Source: Promethearchaeota archaeon
Lineage (GTDB): Archaea > Asgardarchaeota > Lokiarchaeia > Sigyniarchaeales > SOKP01
NCBI GenBank assembly: GCA_029838195.1
Contig: JALGVJ010000015.1
Coordinates: 1 to 64,000, forward strand
Reading direction: 5' to 3'
DNA: 64,000 nt
A program made the translations under genes and the position numbers. The notes below the pieces were generated by a model. The model did no database searches, had not been told where the DNA came from, and saw nothing but the letters and a program-made list of their open reading frames with translations. Each line of letters begins with the position of its first letter. The first letter of the stretch is position 1. Shown one piece after another: positions 10,484-21,036 of this stretch.

Positions 10484-10629
10484 GTCCGCGCTTTATTTAC
10501 AAGAGTATTTATTGAGATTTTTATTGAATTTTTAATTGAAAAAATTAGTAATGAAAAAAAATTAAATATTCTCTTTATTTTTTAAATCCAAGTTAAAATA
10601 TAGGATATATCTCCTCCTGGGGATTTCGA

Positions 10630-11148
10630 TTATCTCTTATCCATCATTACTGCTCCAATTAATCCTATTACGGCACCCACCACTCCGATAAAAAAGCCAT
10701 TACCCAAGCGCCAGGTCCACGTACCAAGAAATTTAAAGGTTCCAAAAAACACGTTGTGCTCCTCCCCACTGAGAAATTCCATTCCTGATAATAGATCTCC
10801 AAAACCTTCATTACCATAAAGTCCGTAGCAGAATAAAATAATTCCGATGATCATTAAAATTGCACATAAAAATGCTCCTGCTTTCATGTTTTTTGCTGTT
10901 GCAATGAATAGCAGTAATGTACCTGCTAAATATATCATTCCCGCTAATAATAGCGTGTTATCCACTAATTCCACATTATTATTCGCTGTATTTGAAGAAT
11001 ATCCAAAGGCGTTGATATATATATTTACATCGAAAGGGCCAAATTCATACCTCATTTGCCACCATCCAAGAGAAGGCTCAATGAGTCCCATGAGCACGGC
11101 AACTAATCCAATGATACCACCTACATATGCAATTAATTTACTTCCCAT
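10630..11148 (-). CDS. Four-TM membrane protein with claudin/PMP22-like topology
   Basis: TM1-GWW-loop-TM2-TM3-loop-WRLGNGFF-TM4; AGGAG SD upstream. Confidence 0.75.
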   Translation of the reverse strand: MGSKLIAYVGGIIGLVAVLMGLIEPSLGWWQMRYEFGPFDVNIYINAFGYSSNTANNNVELVDNTLLLAGMIYLAGTLLLFIATAKNMKAGAFLCAILMIIGIILFCYGLYGNEGFGDLLSGMEFLSGEEHNVFFGTFKFLGTWTWRLGNGFFIGVVGAVIGLIGAVMMDKR

Positions 11149-11430
11149 TTTTGATTATTCTCCTCATTTTTTATTAAGAAAATTTTTGAATTATCGAATT
11201 TAAAGATTATAATTTAGATTAACATGAGCTCATAGTATTATAAATCTTTCTTTTTCTATAGTAGAAAAATTTATAAGATTGAGTGATGATTTATTGTCAT
11301 TAACTTTTCTTTTCAATGATTTGGAAAAAAATTTAATTCAAAATGCACGAATTCAAAAGATTTTTATCGTTTTATTAATGATCATGCTTACCTCATTTAC
11401 GATATTTTCTAAAAATCATGCCTATTGTAG

Positions 11431-12612
11431 GTGTTAAGAATTAGAATAACACATGCAGATCGAATTGGAAGATTACCGCCTTATATTTTTGCAGAAATAG
11501 AACAATTGAAACAGCAAAAGAAAAAGGAAGAAGTAGACTTAATTCCCTTAGGAATTGGCGATCCTGACCTTTCAACACCGGAACTAATTCTTAATGAATT
11601 GATTGAACAAGTGAAGATTCCAGAAAATCAAAATTATCCCACGAGCATGGGAGAGGAAGATTTTCGAACTGCTGTTGCAAGATGGTACAAGGTACGGTTT
11701 AATGTTAATTTAAGCGTGGAAAGCGAGGTTTCAAATCTAATTGGGGGAAAAGAAGGAGTAGCAAATATTGCCAGAGCTTTTATCAATCCGGGAGATATTG
11801 TATTATGTCCGAATCCGGGATATCCGGTATATGAAAATGGAGCTACAAAATTATGTGATGGCATTCCTTATATCATGCCCCTGAAAGAGGAAAATGGATT
11901 TCTCCCGGATTTGGAAGCAATTGACAGTACTATTTTAAAGAAAGCTAAAATGATGTATTTGAATTATCCAAACAATCCAACTGGAGCCGTAGCTCCCCTG
12001 GAGTTTTTAAAGCATGCGGCAGATTTAGCAGAAGATCATGATTTTTTCATAGTACATGATAATCCTTATTCAGAATTCACCTTCGATGATTATATTGCAC
12101 CAACCATCCTCCAAGTGGATCCCAATCACGTGGAAATTAATAGTGCTTCCAAGATGTTTTGCATGACAGGATTTCGGTGCGGATGGATTGCAGGAAATGC
12201 AGAAATCATCGATGGATTGAGAAAAGTTAAATCCCAAATAGATTCGGGTTGTCCAATATTCATTCAAAAAGCCGTGATTAAAGGGCTAGAAGAATATAAA
12301 TCAGAAAAAAAACCAGAAATCGTAGAGAAAAACATAAAAATCTATGAACAACGACGAGACGTGCTTATAAAAGGCTTAAATGAAATGGGATGGGAAACAG
12401 AGCTTCCAAAAGCTACTTTTTATGTCTGGACTAAAATTCCAAAAAATGAACGGGATAGCATGGAATTCACTAAAAAATTAATTAACGTGGGCGTTGTCAT
12501 TACTCCAGGTATTGGTTTTGGAGAGCATGGTGAAGGATATGTCAGATTTGCCTTAACTCAACCCTTAGAGAGAATTAAAGACGCATTGGAACGAATAAAA
12601 AAAGTAATTTAA
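11431..12612 (+). CDS. dapL: PLP-dependent class I/II aminotransferase, LL-diaminopimelate aminotransferase-like
   Basis: LPPYIFAEI, LGIGDPD, LNYPNNPTG, SASKMFCMTGFRCG, PGIGFGEHGEGYVRFAL. Confidence 0.8.
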   Translation: MLRIRITHADRIGRLPPYIFAEIEQLKQQKKKEEVDLIPLGIGDPDLSTPELILNELIEQVKIPENQNYPTSMGEEDFRTAVARWYKVRFNVNLSVESEVSNLIGGKEGVANIARAFINPGDIVLCPNPGYPVYENGATKLCDGIPYIMPLKEENGFLPDLEAIDSTILKKAKMMYLNYPNNPTGAVAPLEFLKHAADLAEDHDFFIVHDNPYSEFTFDDYIAPTILQVDPNHVEINSASKMFCMTGFRCGWIAGNAEIIDGLRKVKSQIDSGCPIFIQKAVIKGLEEYKSEKKPEIVEKNIKIYEQRRDVLIKGLNEMGWETELPKATFYVWTKIPKNERDSMEFTKKLINVGVVITPGIGFGEHGEGYVRFALTQPLERIKDALERIKKVI

Positions 12613-12646
12613 GAAAAGAAGAAAAAAAAAAGGAAATAAAAAAAGC

Positions 12647-12841
12647 TCAGTATTTGGATTTATGAGAATATTTTTTAAATAGATATCGCATTTTTCTCTC
12701 ATCTTCTATTTCTATTTCCCCAGGTTCCGAACGTTCTAAAAATCCGAACTTCGATATTTTAGTAGATAAGTTTGGTTTTTCTTTTATATAGAAATCCGTC
12801 CTCATGTATTTTTCAATGGATTTTATTACTTTTTTTTCCAA
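12647..12841 (-). CDS. Small hypothetical protein or fragment
   Basis: 64-aa ORF with typical Lys/Glu composition; TTG start. Confidence 0.3.
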   Translation of the reverse strand: MEKKVIKSIEKYMRTDFYIKEKPNLSTKISKFGFLERSEPGEIEIEDERKMRYLFKKYSHKSKY

Positions 12842-13083
12842 GGATTAACACGATTTCTAAATGTAATTTTTTCAATAAAATTTAATTTTTTAATTAAAAT
12901 ACTTCCAATATTATTATAATCATTAGATTATTTAAATATTTTGATGAGATTAATCCGTTGGACAAAAGAAAGAAGTAGATAAATGTAAATTTAATTAAAT
13001 AACATTAAATTAACCTTTTATTAATTTTATTCAAATTTTATCATAATATAACCAATAATAATCCCAATTTATATCTAATCTTC

Positions 13084-13314
13084 TTACCATGCGATGGTCT
13101 CGTCAAAAATATACAATTCCGCGGGCTTGAAGAACCTATTGATAATAAACCGGTTCTCTTCCTTTGCTTCATCTTGGATGAGAATCTTCGATTCTTGCGC
13201 AAGGGTCATTTTTCTTTTTTCAACCTCCTGTTTGTAATTTTTCAACACATTTTATTATAGGTGACCCGCAAGATACGAATCCTTAACCTCTTTCAAATAA
13301 ATTTTCCTTGCCAC
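13084..13314 (-). pseudogene. Disrupted small ORF of unknown function
   Basis: GTG-ARKIYLKEVKDSYLAGHL** then in a shifted frame VLKNYKQEVEKRKMTLAQESKILIQDEAKEENRFIINRFFKPAELYIFDETIAW*. Confidence 0.35.
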
Positions 13315-13377
13315 CAAGAGAACCAATCCGAGAAAATTTATAAGAAAAAGGTCAGAAGGATTGTTCTCTTGCTATAA

Positions 13378-13483
13378 TACTACTACTAATAATACTACTA
13401 CCTCTAATAAAGGTACCAATGTATTCTTAGCAGTAGTAAAAGAGGTCATTATTAAAATTAATATTCCTTGCTTATTTAAAAAT
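13378..13483. repeat. 18-bp imperfect inverted repeat overlapping copy 2 of the 66-bp direct repeat
   Basis: 13378-13395 pairs with 13421-13438 (16/18); 13418-13483 matches 6790-6855. Confidence 0.85.
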
Positions 13484-13636
13484 TTTTGCTTTAGATGATA
13501 AGCATGAAAGAATTTTCATTTATTTTAATATAGCTCTTTATATTTAAGGGAGAGAAAGATATAAGGTTTTATAGGGGTAATAATTATTTTCTCTAAGGGA
13601 TCATGAATTTTAAGAAAAAAATGTAGGAACAGGAAC

Positions 13637-14956
13637 ATGAATATAAGAATAGTGTTGGTGGGAGCAGGAAGTTTATCATTCGGGGTAAGCATGTTTACTG
13701 ATTTATATTTAAGTAAGGTATTGCGCGGGAGTACCATTGTTCTTCATGATATAGATGAGAAAAAGTTAGAAATAATAAAAGACTTGTTAATAGCTGAAAA
13801 TGAAAAATTAGAAAACAAATTCACCCTTGAAAGTACGACAGATAGAAAAACGGCTTTTAAAGATGCTGACTTCATTATCAATTCCATTGAAGTGGGAGAG
13901 CGTTTTAAACTCTGGAGACAAGATTATGAAATTCCCCGCAAACATGGTTCTACTCAAGTTCTTGGCGAATGCGGGGGACCAGGAGGCACATTTCATGCTT
14001 TTAGAATCATCCCGCCCATTGTGGAAATTGCTAAAGATGCTGAAAGAATTTGCCCGGATGCTTTTTTTATCAATTTTTCAAACCCAATGGCTCGAGTTTG
14101 CTTGGCCATTCAAAGGAGCACCCAAATTAGATTTTGCGGCTTATGCCATCAAGTTGGATTATTACAAGCAATATTTCCTCAGCTTTTTAATATGTCTCCA
14201 AAGAATATAAAAATATGGGGGGCAGGGCTCAATCATTTTGCTTTTCTCCTGGATTTAGAAAATAAAATTAATGGAGAAAACTTGATGGAGGCGTTTAAAA
14301 GTAAAATAGGGGATTATATTGAGACCCATGACGACCGATTTTCATTTTCTACCTTGACCTTAGAAGTCTATAGAAGATTTGGATATTTTCCTTATGTAGG
14401 AGATAATCATTTGGCTGAATACCTACAATTTGGCGAAGAATTTACTAAAACTCAAGATATGGTGGATTGGATCGATAGGGCAGAAAATGGGAATCAGGGG
14501 ATTTATAAACGGATCATGAGGTTCCATGAACGTCTTAAGAAAGGAAGATATCCTAAGAAAGGTTTGCTTCTCAGAGCCCCTTCCGGGGAGCGAGCGATTC
14601 CTATAATGGAAGCGATGATCCAAGACAGTAATTCCTATGAAGTAGCGGTTAATATCCCCAATGACGGAATCATCGAAAATTTACCTCAAGATTTAATTAT
14701 AGAAACTTCGGCTCTTGTTAACAAACTAGGCATTCATGGAGTTAAAGTCGGGAAATTACCCCGAAACATTGCCGCTATTCTCAGAATAGAAGCATCCGTA
14801 CAAGACGTGTGCGTGGAAGCCGTTTTAAAGAAATCTAAAGAATTAGCAATCACCGCTTTAGCGATAGATCCAAATGTGGGAAGTTTTAAAAAAGCAGAAG
14901 CAATTTTTAACGAAATGTACGAGTTACAACGAGACTATTTACCACGATTTAAATAA
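13637..14956 (+). CDS. Glycoside hydrolase family 4 (NAD+/Mn2+-dependent, alpha-galactosidase/glucosidase-like)
   Basis: VLVGAGS, GPGG, NFSNP, GLCH, GLNH. Confidence 0.92.
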   Translation: MNIRIVLVGAGSLSFGVSMFTDLYLSKVLRGSTIVLHDIDEKKLEIIKDLLIAENEKLENKFTLESTTDRKTAFKDADFIINSIEVGERFKLWRQDYEIPRKHGSTQVLGECGGPGGTFHAFRIIPPIVEIAKDAERICPDAFFINFSNPMARVCLAIQRSTQIRFCGLCHQVGLLQAIFPQLFNMSPKNIKIWGAGLNHFAFLLDLENKINGENLMEAFKSKIGDYIETHDDRFSFSTLTLEVYRRFGYFPYVGDNHLAEYLQFGEEFTKTQDMVDWIDRAENGNQGIYKRIMRFHERLKKGRYPKKGLLLRAPSGERAIPIMEAMIQDSNSYEVAVNIPNDGIIENLPQDLIIETSALVNKLGIHGVKVGKLPRNIAAILRIEASVQDVCVEAVLKKSKELAITALAIDPNVGSFKKAEAIFNEMYELQRDYLPRFK

Positions 14957-14994
14957 TTATTTTTAATTTTAGTACCTCTTTTTATTTAATCATA

Positions 14995-16323
14995 ATGGTT
15001 GATAAGAAAATTGTTCTAATTGGAGCAGGTTCTGCGGCATTCGGGCCGGCCACCTTAATGGATATAAATTCTAGTGAAATATTAACGGGTTCTACTATCG
15101 TATTAGTTGACATTAATGAAGAAAAATTAAATAGAGCCTATGATATCTTAGTCAAGGAAAATGAAATTGGCGGCAATAAATTTACCATAGAGAAAACCAC
15201 TGATAGGAAGGAAGCGTTAAGGGATGCTGATTTTATTATTGTATCGATAGAGAATGGAGATAGGTTTTCTTTGAGATATCAAGATAACATCATACCCCGA
15301 AGTCACGGCACCACTGAAATGATGGCGGAAAATGGCGGACCGGGTGGCTTTTTCCATAGTGCACGTCAAATCCCGGAGCACGTGAGAATTGGAGAAGATA
15401 TAATGAACATCTGTCCCGATGCGTTTTTATTCGTGTATTCAAATCCTGTTGCAAGAATTAATTTGGCCCTTAAAAGAGCCGTGCCGGGCTTGAAATTCAT
15501 GGGATTATGTCATCAAATCGGGCTTTTGACGCCGAAATTTCTCTCTGAAATGATGGAACGGAAGATGGAAGAGATGAAAGTGATCACGGGCGGTTTGAAC
15601 CATTTTGCATTTATATTAGGATTAGAAGATTGGAATACGGGAGAAGATTTATTAACGGAGTTTAATAAAAGATGCTGGGATTATTTTAAGGATAAATGGG
15701 ATCGATTTCATTATGCGGATCTCACGTTTGAATTATACAAGCGATTGAACTATTTTTGTTATGCGGGAGATAATCATGTTTGCGAATATCTTCAAGTTGG
15801 GTCTCAGTATACCAAGATTGAGGATATTAAGGATTGGTTAGACAGCATGGATTCGGGCAACAAGGCCATGAACGACCGAATGCAGAGATTGCACAAGCGC
15901 TTGAAAAAAGGCAGGTATCCAAAAAAAGGGGCATTTCAAGACTTGAAATCGGGTGAAAGGGCAATTCCAATTATTGAAGCGATCATTCAAGACAGTAATT
16001 CCTATGAAATGGCAGTGAATGTTCCTAATGAGGGAATTATAACTAATCTTCCTCGGGATTTAGTGGTAGAATGTTCGGCATGGATTGATAAGAATGGAGC
16101 TCATGGGGTGAAATTGGGTGATATACCAAAACAAATTGCGGCCATATTACGGATTGAAGCTACTATTCAAGATCTATGCGTGGAGGCGATTTTAAAGAGG
16201 TCAAAAGAATTAGCTATTGCTTGTTTGGCGTTTGATGTAAATTGTGGTAGTTTTGAAAAAGCCGAGGCCATATTTGAGGATATGATGAAGGTGCAGCGTC
16301 AATATTTGCCGGATTTTAAATGA
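14995..16323 (+). CDS. Glycoside hydrolase family 4, tandem paralog
   Basis: VLIGAGS, GPGG, YSNP, GLCH, GLNH; colinear with the upstream gene. Confidence 0.92.
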   Translation: MVDKKIVLIGAGSAAFGPATLMDINSSEILTGSTIVLVDINEEKLNRAYDILVKENEIGGNKFTIEKTTDRKEALRDADFIIVSIENGDRFSLRYQDNIIPRSHGTTEMMAENGGPGGFFHSARQIPEHVRIGEDIMNICPDAFLFVYSNPVARINLALKRAVPGLKFMGLCHQIGLLTPKFLSEMMERKMEEMKVITGGLNHFAFILGLEDWNTGEDLLTEFNKRCWDYFKDKWDRFHYADLTFELYKRLNYFCYAGDNHVCEYLQVGSQYTKIEDIKDWLDSMDSGNKAMNDRMQRLHKRLKKGRYPKKGAFQDLKSGERAIPIIEAIIQDSNSYEMAVNVPNEGIITNLPRDLVVECSAWIDKNGAHGVKLGDIPKQIAAILRIEATIQDLCVEAILKRSKELAIACLAFDVNCGSFEKAEAIFEDMMKVQRQYLPDFK

Positions 16324-16472
16324 ATGGGAATGTTAAACTGAAAAAATCTAATTATTTTCACCTGAATTGTATTGATTTTATTTCAAATACGGTGTCACGA
16401 TAAGACCTCGAGTTCGAAATTATAAAGGAAGAAGCTCATCCATGTTAATTATTAAAATCTTCAGATCTTTTT

Positions 16473-16500
16473 AGAGGGATGATGTGAGCCCTCTTTTTTT
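16473..16500 (+). terminator. Hairpin plus T-run between convergent genes
   Basis: AGAGGG-N10-CCCTCT followed by a T run. Confidence 0.4.
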
Positions 16501-16538
16501 AAATTTTACCTTTCATTATTTTTTCGGGGCGTGGTGTT

Positions 16539-16799
16539 TCATTCAATTGATTGAATGAAGACAATGAAAAAATTTACGATAATCATGACAACTAATGCTG
16601 AAGCTATCATAATCCCTCCCAACAGGAATAAATTACGGTATAAAATGATGGTTTCAAGATCTTCAATCCACGTTAGATCGGGAGCACCCGAGGCGGTGAA
16701 TCTGATCCACATGTTCATCCAAGGAATGATAAGTAGAAATCCAATGAACATGATTATTAGCAAGATCACGTTTAATAGTAATCTTTTACTACTTTTCAT
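16539..16799 (-). CDS. Small two-TM membrane protein
   Basis: Two long hydrophobic segments; ATG start. Confidence 0.55.
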   Translation of the reverse strand: MKSSKRLLLNVILLIIMFIGFLLIIPWMNMWIRFTASGAPDLTWIEDLETIILYRNLFLLGGIMIASALVVMIIVNFFIVFIQSIE

Positions 16800-17044
16800 C
16801 GTCTCTAATTTACGGTGATTTTTTGATGGAATTACTCTTTGAAAAAGGTCAATGATTTACTCAATACTGATTAGTTCTAAACATGAAGGAACTTAGTTAA
16901 ATTTTGTGTTGATTAAATACTTAAAAATTAAAGATCAACAAGGGGCAAAGAAGGAAAAAAATAGGAAAAATTAACGAATTCTCCTTAGATTAGCTCGTTA
17001 AATGAAGAAATGGGATGAGAACAAAAGAAAAAAAGAAAGAAAAA

Positions 17045-19459
17045 TTAAAAAAAGCAGTCTAACGATTTTTGCTCGAAACGACGGTCTCTTTCGGACTTTA
17101 TTAGCGCGTCCAATTCACCGATTTTAAAAGGAAATAAATTTTCAAATGCCCGTTTTAATAATTCCGCATATTTTTGGGTATCGTATTGGTGTTTTTTATT
17201 GTCATACAATTCCGTGAGCCGTACTTTTTTTTCTGGAAAGCTCGGATTGGCGTCTGCCTTCATGATAATATAATTCACGGTTTTTCCCGGAGAGACAATG
17301 ATACCCGATGCCTCCAATTGGCGCGCTGCTACTGCTTGATAGGAATTCACTTTGTAGTGAGAAGGCTTGCGAGAGACTTTTTGGCGAATGGATAGTTCTT
17401 CTTTTGATACTTTGCCGGATTGGATTCGAGAGACGTACTTAGAAAATAATTTTTTCGCTTGAGGCATTCTTTCCATGAACTCTTTCGTGGTTTTTGCTCC
17501 TTTAAACACCTCCATGAATTCTTTTTGAGCTTTCTTTACAATATTGGGAGTATCATGTCGGCGTAGATCGATTCCTCTTGCCTTTATTTCACCATTTGAT
17601 TTAATCCCCCAATAATGGTTAAGCGTGGGCACCGTGGGTTCGGCGCGTGAAGGGAGAAACACGATGAAATCAAAAAATCCTTCCCAACTCATAGGAATGC
17701 CCGTTTCTCGCGTGATTTCTTCCGCTATCTGCTTGGTTACTTCCTCAAATTCCTTTGGATGTCTTCCTTTTAGGTCTTGCAACCACATGGAATCTACAAT
17801 ACCGTGCAAGATCTTGCAGCCATGCGATTCTGCAATTTCTGCGGCACGCATGAGAAATTCTCTTGCAAAGGCACACACTGCTTGGTGGGCCTCGATTTTT
17901 CCGAAACGCGCATTTTTAAACCCTAAATATCCAAAGCTTACTACGAGCACCCACTTGAGAGCGATATCCATGAACTTATATCGCAAGCTTCCTGTTTGGC
18001 GGACGTATTCCTTGCACTGCAACCGTTTATTTAAGGGCAATTTAATTGATTTGGAGATGATGCCTTCCCGCTTTGAACACACGTGAAAGTTGAGACCAGG
18101 TACTTTTATACCAGTACCATCGTGTTCACAACATTTACAATTCAAGGTTTCGGCTGAGATGTTATAATGTGCCATCACGGAGGGATACATAGAAGAAAAA
18201 TCCAGTTCTACCACGTGGTCGAATACACCAATTAATGGTTCAAAAATGTGGCCTCCCCTATCTCCCCGTATCAAATCAAGTCCAGAACGGAAGTCTTCGG
18301 GACTTCTCTTAAACGGAGGAATCAAGTGATCTAACTTGTACGCATTATAAAATTGGATGGATTGGAGAGCGCCTCCAATGGTCACACGACATAATCTTTG
18401 GAGAGGCACGCGTGAGATGCGGGCCACTTCAATCACGCCAGGGATGTTTCCTTCACTAAAATGCAAGCTGCCGTAGGTTGTAGTATCTAAATGAAACCGT
18501 CCCGTGAAATATACTTGAGTTTTCGAACGTCTTCGTATTATTCCGTAGGACATGTAATGATCAGCGCTACCCGACAGCTCAAAAATGCATTGGGTTAAAG
18601 GCGTCTTATCTCGCGAGAAATAGAGTTCGTGCGATACGTGATTGAGGGATGCGCGCGCCGCTAAATAAGGGAACATGAATTCATCTCCGCCTTGCGTGAG
18701 AATGATGTCCGGATCGAGCCTTTCAATTACCTTGCTAAGAGTTCGTAAGGTTTCTGCTTCATCGGCTTTATCAATAAGGATGGTTCGCTTTTTCACGCCA
18801 TCTGCCCGCGGGATATTGAATCTTTTATCGTTCTCAACGATGCTTACTTTCACGTGAGACAGAGGATCGCTATAATAGGGGCGTAATTCTCGTTTTTGGA
18901 GGACAATGTCCAACCAAACAGCTGTTAAAGGAGGTAAATCATAAAAAAGAGTTTCATTAGTATCACGTAATTTTAATTTTTTCAGTTGGAACCCGGACGG
19001 TTTTTTATTTTGATCTCTTGTGCTTTCTACGATGAAATGACAAAACGCCGTGGGGAATAACTCATCGACATAGAAATACATTTGAGAGAGGGGAAGATCC
19101 GTGTTAAAGAGAGTAAAAAGATCGATATTATTAATGTCTTCCACGGTTTTTTTGAATAGCGCCGGTTTTTTCACGGACACCCCAAGCACCGTGGTCTTTT
19201 CCGGATCCTCAAGTTTCACGTATTTTTTACATGTTCGAACCTTTTTTACGTTCGGATGAGCTTCTAAGATGGCTTTCAAGCGCTTTAGATCATTTCCCGC
19301 GCTGGAACGAGGCACGGCAAAAAATTCGGGAAAAAATTCTCCTTTAATCGGAATAACCTTCTTACTATCTGCCCGTTTTACCCAGAGAACAACCCCACTT
19401 CCTTGCGTAGACACATCCAATAGCCATCCAGTAAATTCTTCGCACTTTCGCACGGTCAT
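17045..19459 (-). CDS. polB2: Archaeal family B DNA polymerase, PolB2 group
   Basis: Motif A DFSSMYPS; motif B KWVLVVSFG; motif C HGIVDS; degenerate exonuclease; CKCC...C cluster; C-terminal PIP-like QKSLDCFF. Confidence 0.9.
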   Translation of the reverse strand: MTVRKCEEFTGWLLDVSTQGSGVVLWVKRADSKKVIPIKGEFFPEFFAVPRSSAGNDLKRLKAILEAHPNVKKVRTCKKYVKLEDPEKTTVLGVSVKKPALFKKTVEDINNIDLFTLFNTDLPLSQMYFYVDELFPTAFCHFIVESTRDQNKKPSGFQLKKLKLRDTNETLFYDLPPLTAVWLDIVLQKRELRPYYSDPLSHVKVSIVENDKRFNIPRADGVKKRTILIDKADEAETLRTLSKVIERLDPDIILTQGGDEFMFPYLAARASLNHVSHELYFSRDKTPLTQCIFELSGSADHYMSYGIIRRRSKTQVYFTGRFHLDTTTYGSLHFSEGNIPGVIEVARISRVPLQRLCRVTIGGALQSIQFYNAYKLDHLIPPFKRSPEDFRSGLDLIRGDRGGHIFEPLIGVFDHVVELDFSSMYPSVMAHYNISAETLNCKCCEHDGTGIKVPGLNFHVCSKREGIISKSIKLPLNKRLQCKEYVRQTGSLRYKFMDIALKWVLVVSFGYLGFKNARFGKIEAHQAVCAFAREFLMRAAEIAESHGCKILHGIVDSMWLQDLKGRHPKEFEEVTKQIAEEITRETGIPMSWEGFFDFIVFLPSRAEPTVPTLNHYWGIKSNGEIKARGIDLRRHDTPNIVKKAQKEFMEVFKGAKTTKEFMERMPQAKKLFSKYVSRIQSGKVSKEELSIRQKVSRKPSHYKVNSYQAVAARQLEASGIIVSPGKTVNYIIMKADANPSFPEKKVRLTELYDNKKHQYDTQKYAELLKRAFENLFPFKIGELDALIKSERDRRFEQKSLDCFF

Positions 19460-19737
19460 TCGATTTTCTTGATGATTTTTTCCAATTCTTTTATTCTTTT
19501 TTCTAATAAATCAATTTTTTTCTCTTGTTCAATGGCAATAGAAAAAAATAACACTTCTGAAAGCATCGTCCGAGCCGATAAGCTTCCAGCATCCGCATGG
19601 ATGCGGGCATGATTCATTAATTTGTCAAAGATTTTTTTATCTTCCGGTCTTAATGCCCGCTTGAAATCCTTCCAACTTTCAATCTCCCTTTCCAACGCGG
19701 GGCGAAAAGCAGGTACCGTTCTTCCCACTGGTCTCAC
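19456..19737 (-). CDS. PolB2-associated small helical protein (arCOG07300-like); start probably GTG at 19728
   Basis: (M)GRTVPAFRPALEREIESWKDFKRALRPEDKKIFDKL; overlaps the polB2 start by 4 bp. Confidence 0.85.
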   Translation of the reverse strand: MRPVGRTVPAFRPALEREIESWKDFKRALRPEDKKIFDKLMNHARIHADAGSLSARTMLSEVLFFSIAIEQEKKIDLLEKRIKELEKIIKKIE

Positions 19738-19772
19738 GTGTTAATTTTTTAAAATACATTCCTTACACAGAA

Positions 19773-19816
19773 ATGATGAGGACAATATTAAAACGACAAC
19801 TCCGACAGTTTTCTGA
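19773..19816 (-). promoter_or_regulatory. Promoter of arCOG07300-polB2 with conserved operator-like motif
   Basis: Minus strand TCAGAAAACTGTCGG-N8-TTTTAATA...TCATCAT; near-identical architecture at 22234-22280. Confidence 0.65.
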
Positions 19817-19887
19817 TTTCTTGATATATACCTCGGTAACGAGAGGAAAAATAAATTTTTAATAAAATCAATCAATATTGTAATACC

Positions 19888-20859
19888 ATGACCTATAAAA
19901 TATTTGATTCCTTGAGTTATGTGCCCACGGAAGAAGTCTTGGTGGATCTCATTTTATCGTTACCTCCTCAAATGGCACCTTACATTAAAAACGTGTTCGG
20001 GCCCCGTGTAGCCCCCCTTTTTGGATTGGATGCGGAAGAACTATATCACATGAAAATGACACTGGGAAAGGAAGAATTAAAATCAGCTATTCAACCATTC
20101 TTGCCAAAAATAAAACAATTTGCCATACCGGTTGAAAAATTCATAAAGCAACTGGACCGGATGGGTGTGGAAAAAGCTGTGTTATTTAATTTAGATGAGG
20201 AGACTCCCAGCGGGATCAGGGGTCTTCCAAATGATTATTATGCTGAAATCGTAAATGAATATCCTGAAACATTTATCGGAATGGCTGGTATTGACCCGTT
20301 AAAAGGAATGAATGCCGTAAGAGAAATACAACGAGCACATGATTTAGGATTAAGGGGCGTTGCAATTCGTCCATTCATGTTCCAGATCCCTCCGCATCAT
20401 GCCAAGATGTATCCAATTTATGCAAAATGCGTGGAGTTAGATATTCCCATTTGGTTGCACCTTTCTATTAATTTTTCAACACAAACAATGGAAGTAGAGC
20501 GTCCAATTTACCTTGATATTGTTGCTCAAGATTTTCCTGAATTAAAAATAATCGCCGGTCATGGAGGGTGGCCATGGGTCAATGAAATGATGGCTGTAGT
20601 ATGGCGTAATCCAAATATTTATCTTGACATCGCCTCCTACCTTCCTAAATACCTTGCAATGAAAGGATCAGGATGGGAAAATCTCCTTACCTTTGGTGAT
20701 TCATTATTACAAGATCGCGTCTTGTTCGGTTCTACCTGGCTTTTCATGGGGCAAACCATTAAACAATTAGCAGATGGTGTCATGGAATTGCCTTTAAAAG
20801 AATCCACGAAAAGAAAATGGCTTCACGATAATGGAGCAAAATTATTTGGAATTAAATAA
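19888..20859 (+). CDS. Amidohydrolase_2 family metal-dependent hydrolase
   Basis: PIWLH, IIAGHGGWPW, NIYLDIA, DRVLFGSTW. Confidence 0.88.
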   Translation: MTYKIFDSLSYVPTEEVLVDLILSLPPQMAPYIKNVFGPRVAPLFGLDAEELYHMKMTLGKEELKSAIQPFLPKIKQFAIPVEKFIKQLDRMGVEKAVLFNLDEETPSGIRGLPNDYYAEIVNEYPETFIGMAGIDPLKGMNAVREIQRAHDLGLRGVAIRPFMFQIPPHHAKMYPIYAKCVELDIPIWLHLSINFSTQTMEVERPIYLDIVAQDFPELKIIAGHGGWPWVNEMMAVVWRNPNIYLDIASYLPKYLAMKGSGWENLLTFGDSLLQDRVLFGSTWLFMGQTIKQLADGVMELPLKESTKRKWLHDNGAKLFGIK

Positions 20860-21036
20860 AAATATAGAATATGGGTCCAATTAAAAATTATTCTGAGGAT
20901 TTAGGTACTCTTTCAACATTTACCTCGGATTAAAGGAAAATCCATTAATTTTTTTATTTCAATCAAAAAAAATATCAACATTCACGAGTTATTTAAATCA
21001 GTAAAACGGTATAAAAAAAAATTCGAGTGACATGTA

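Noticed and set aside
19773-19816. Plus-strand ATGATGA...CTGA here and at 22234-22280 resembles C/D-box sRNAs
   Set aside because: No recognisable D'/C' boxes, and both coincide with minus-strand promoters of functionally linked genes; a promoter or operator is the simpler reading, though small-RNA-seq would settle it
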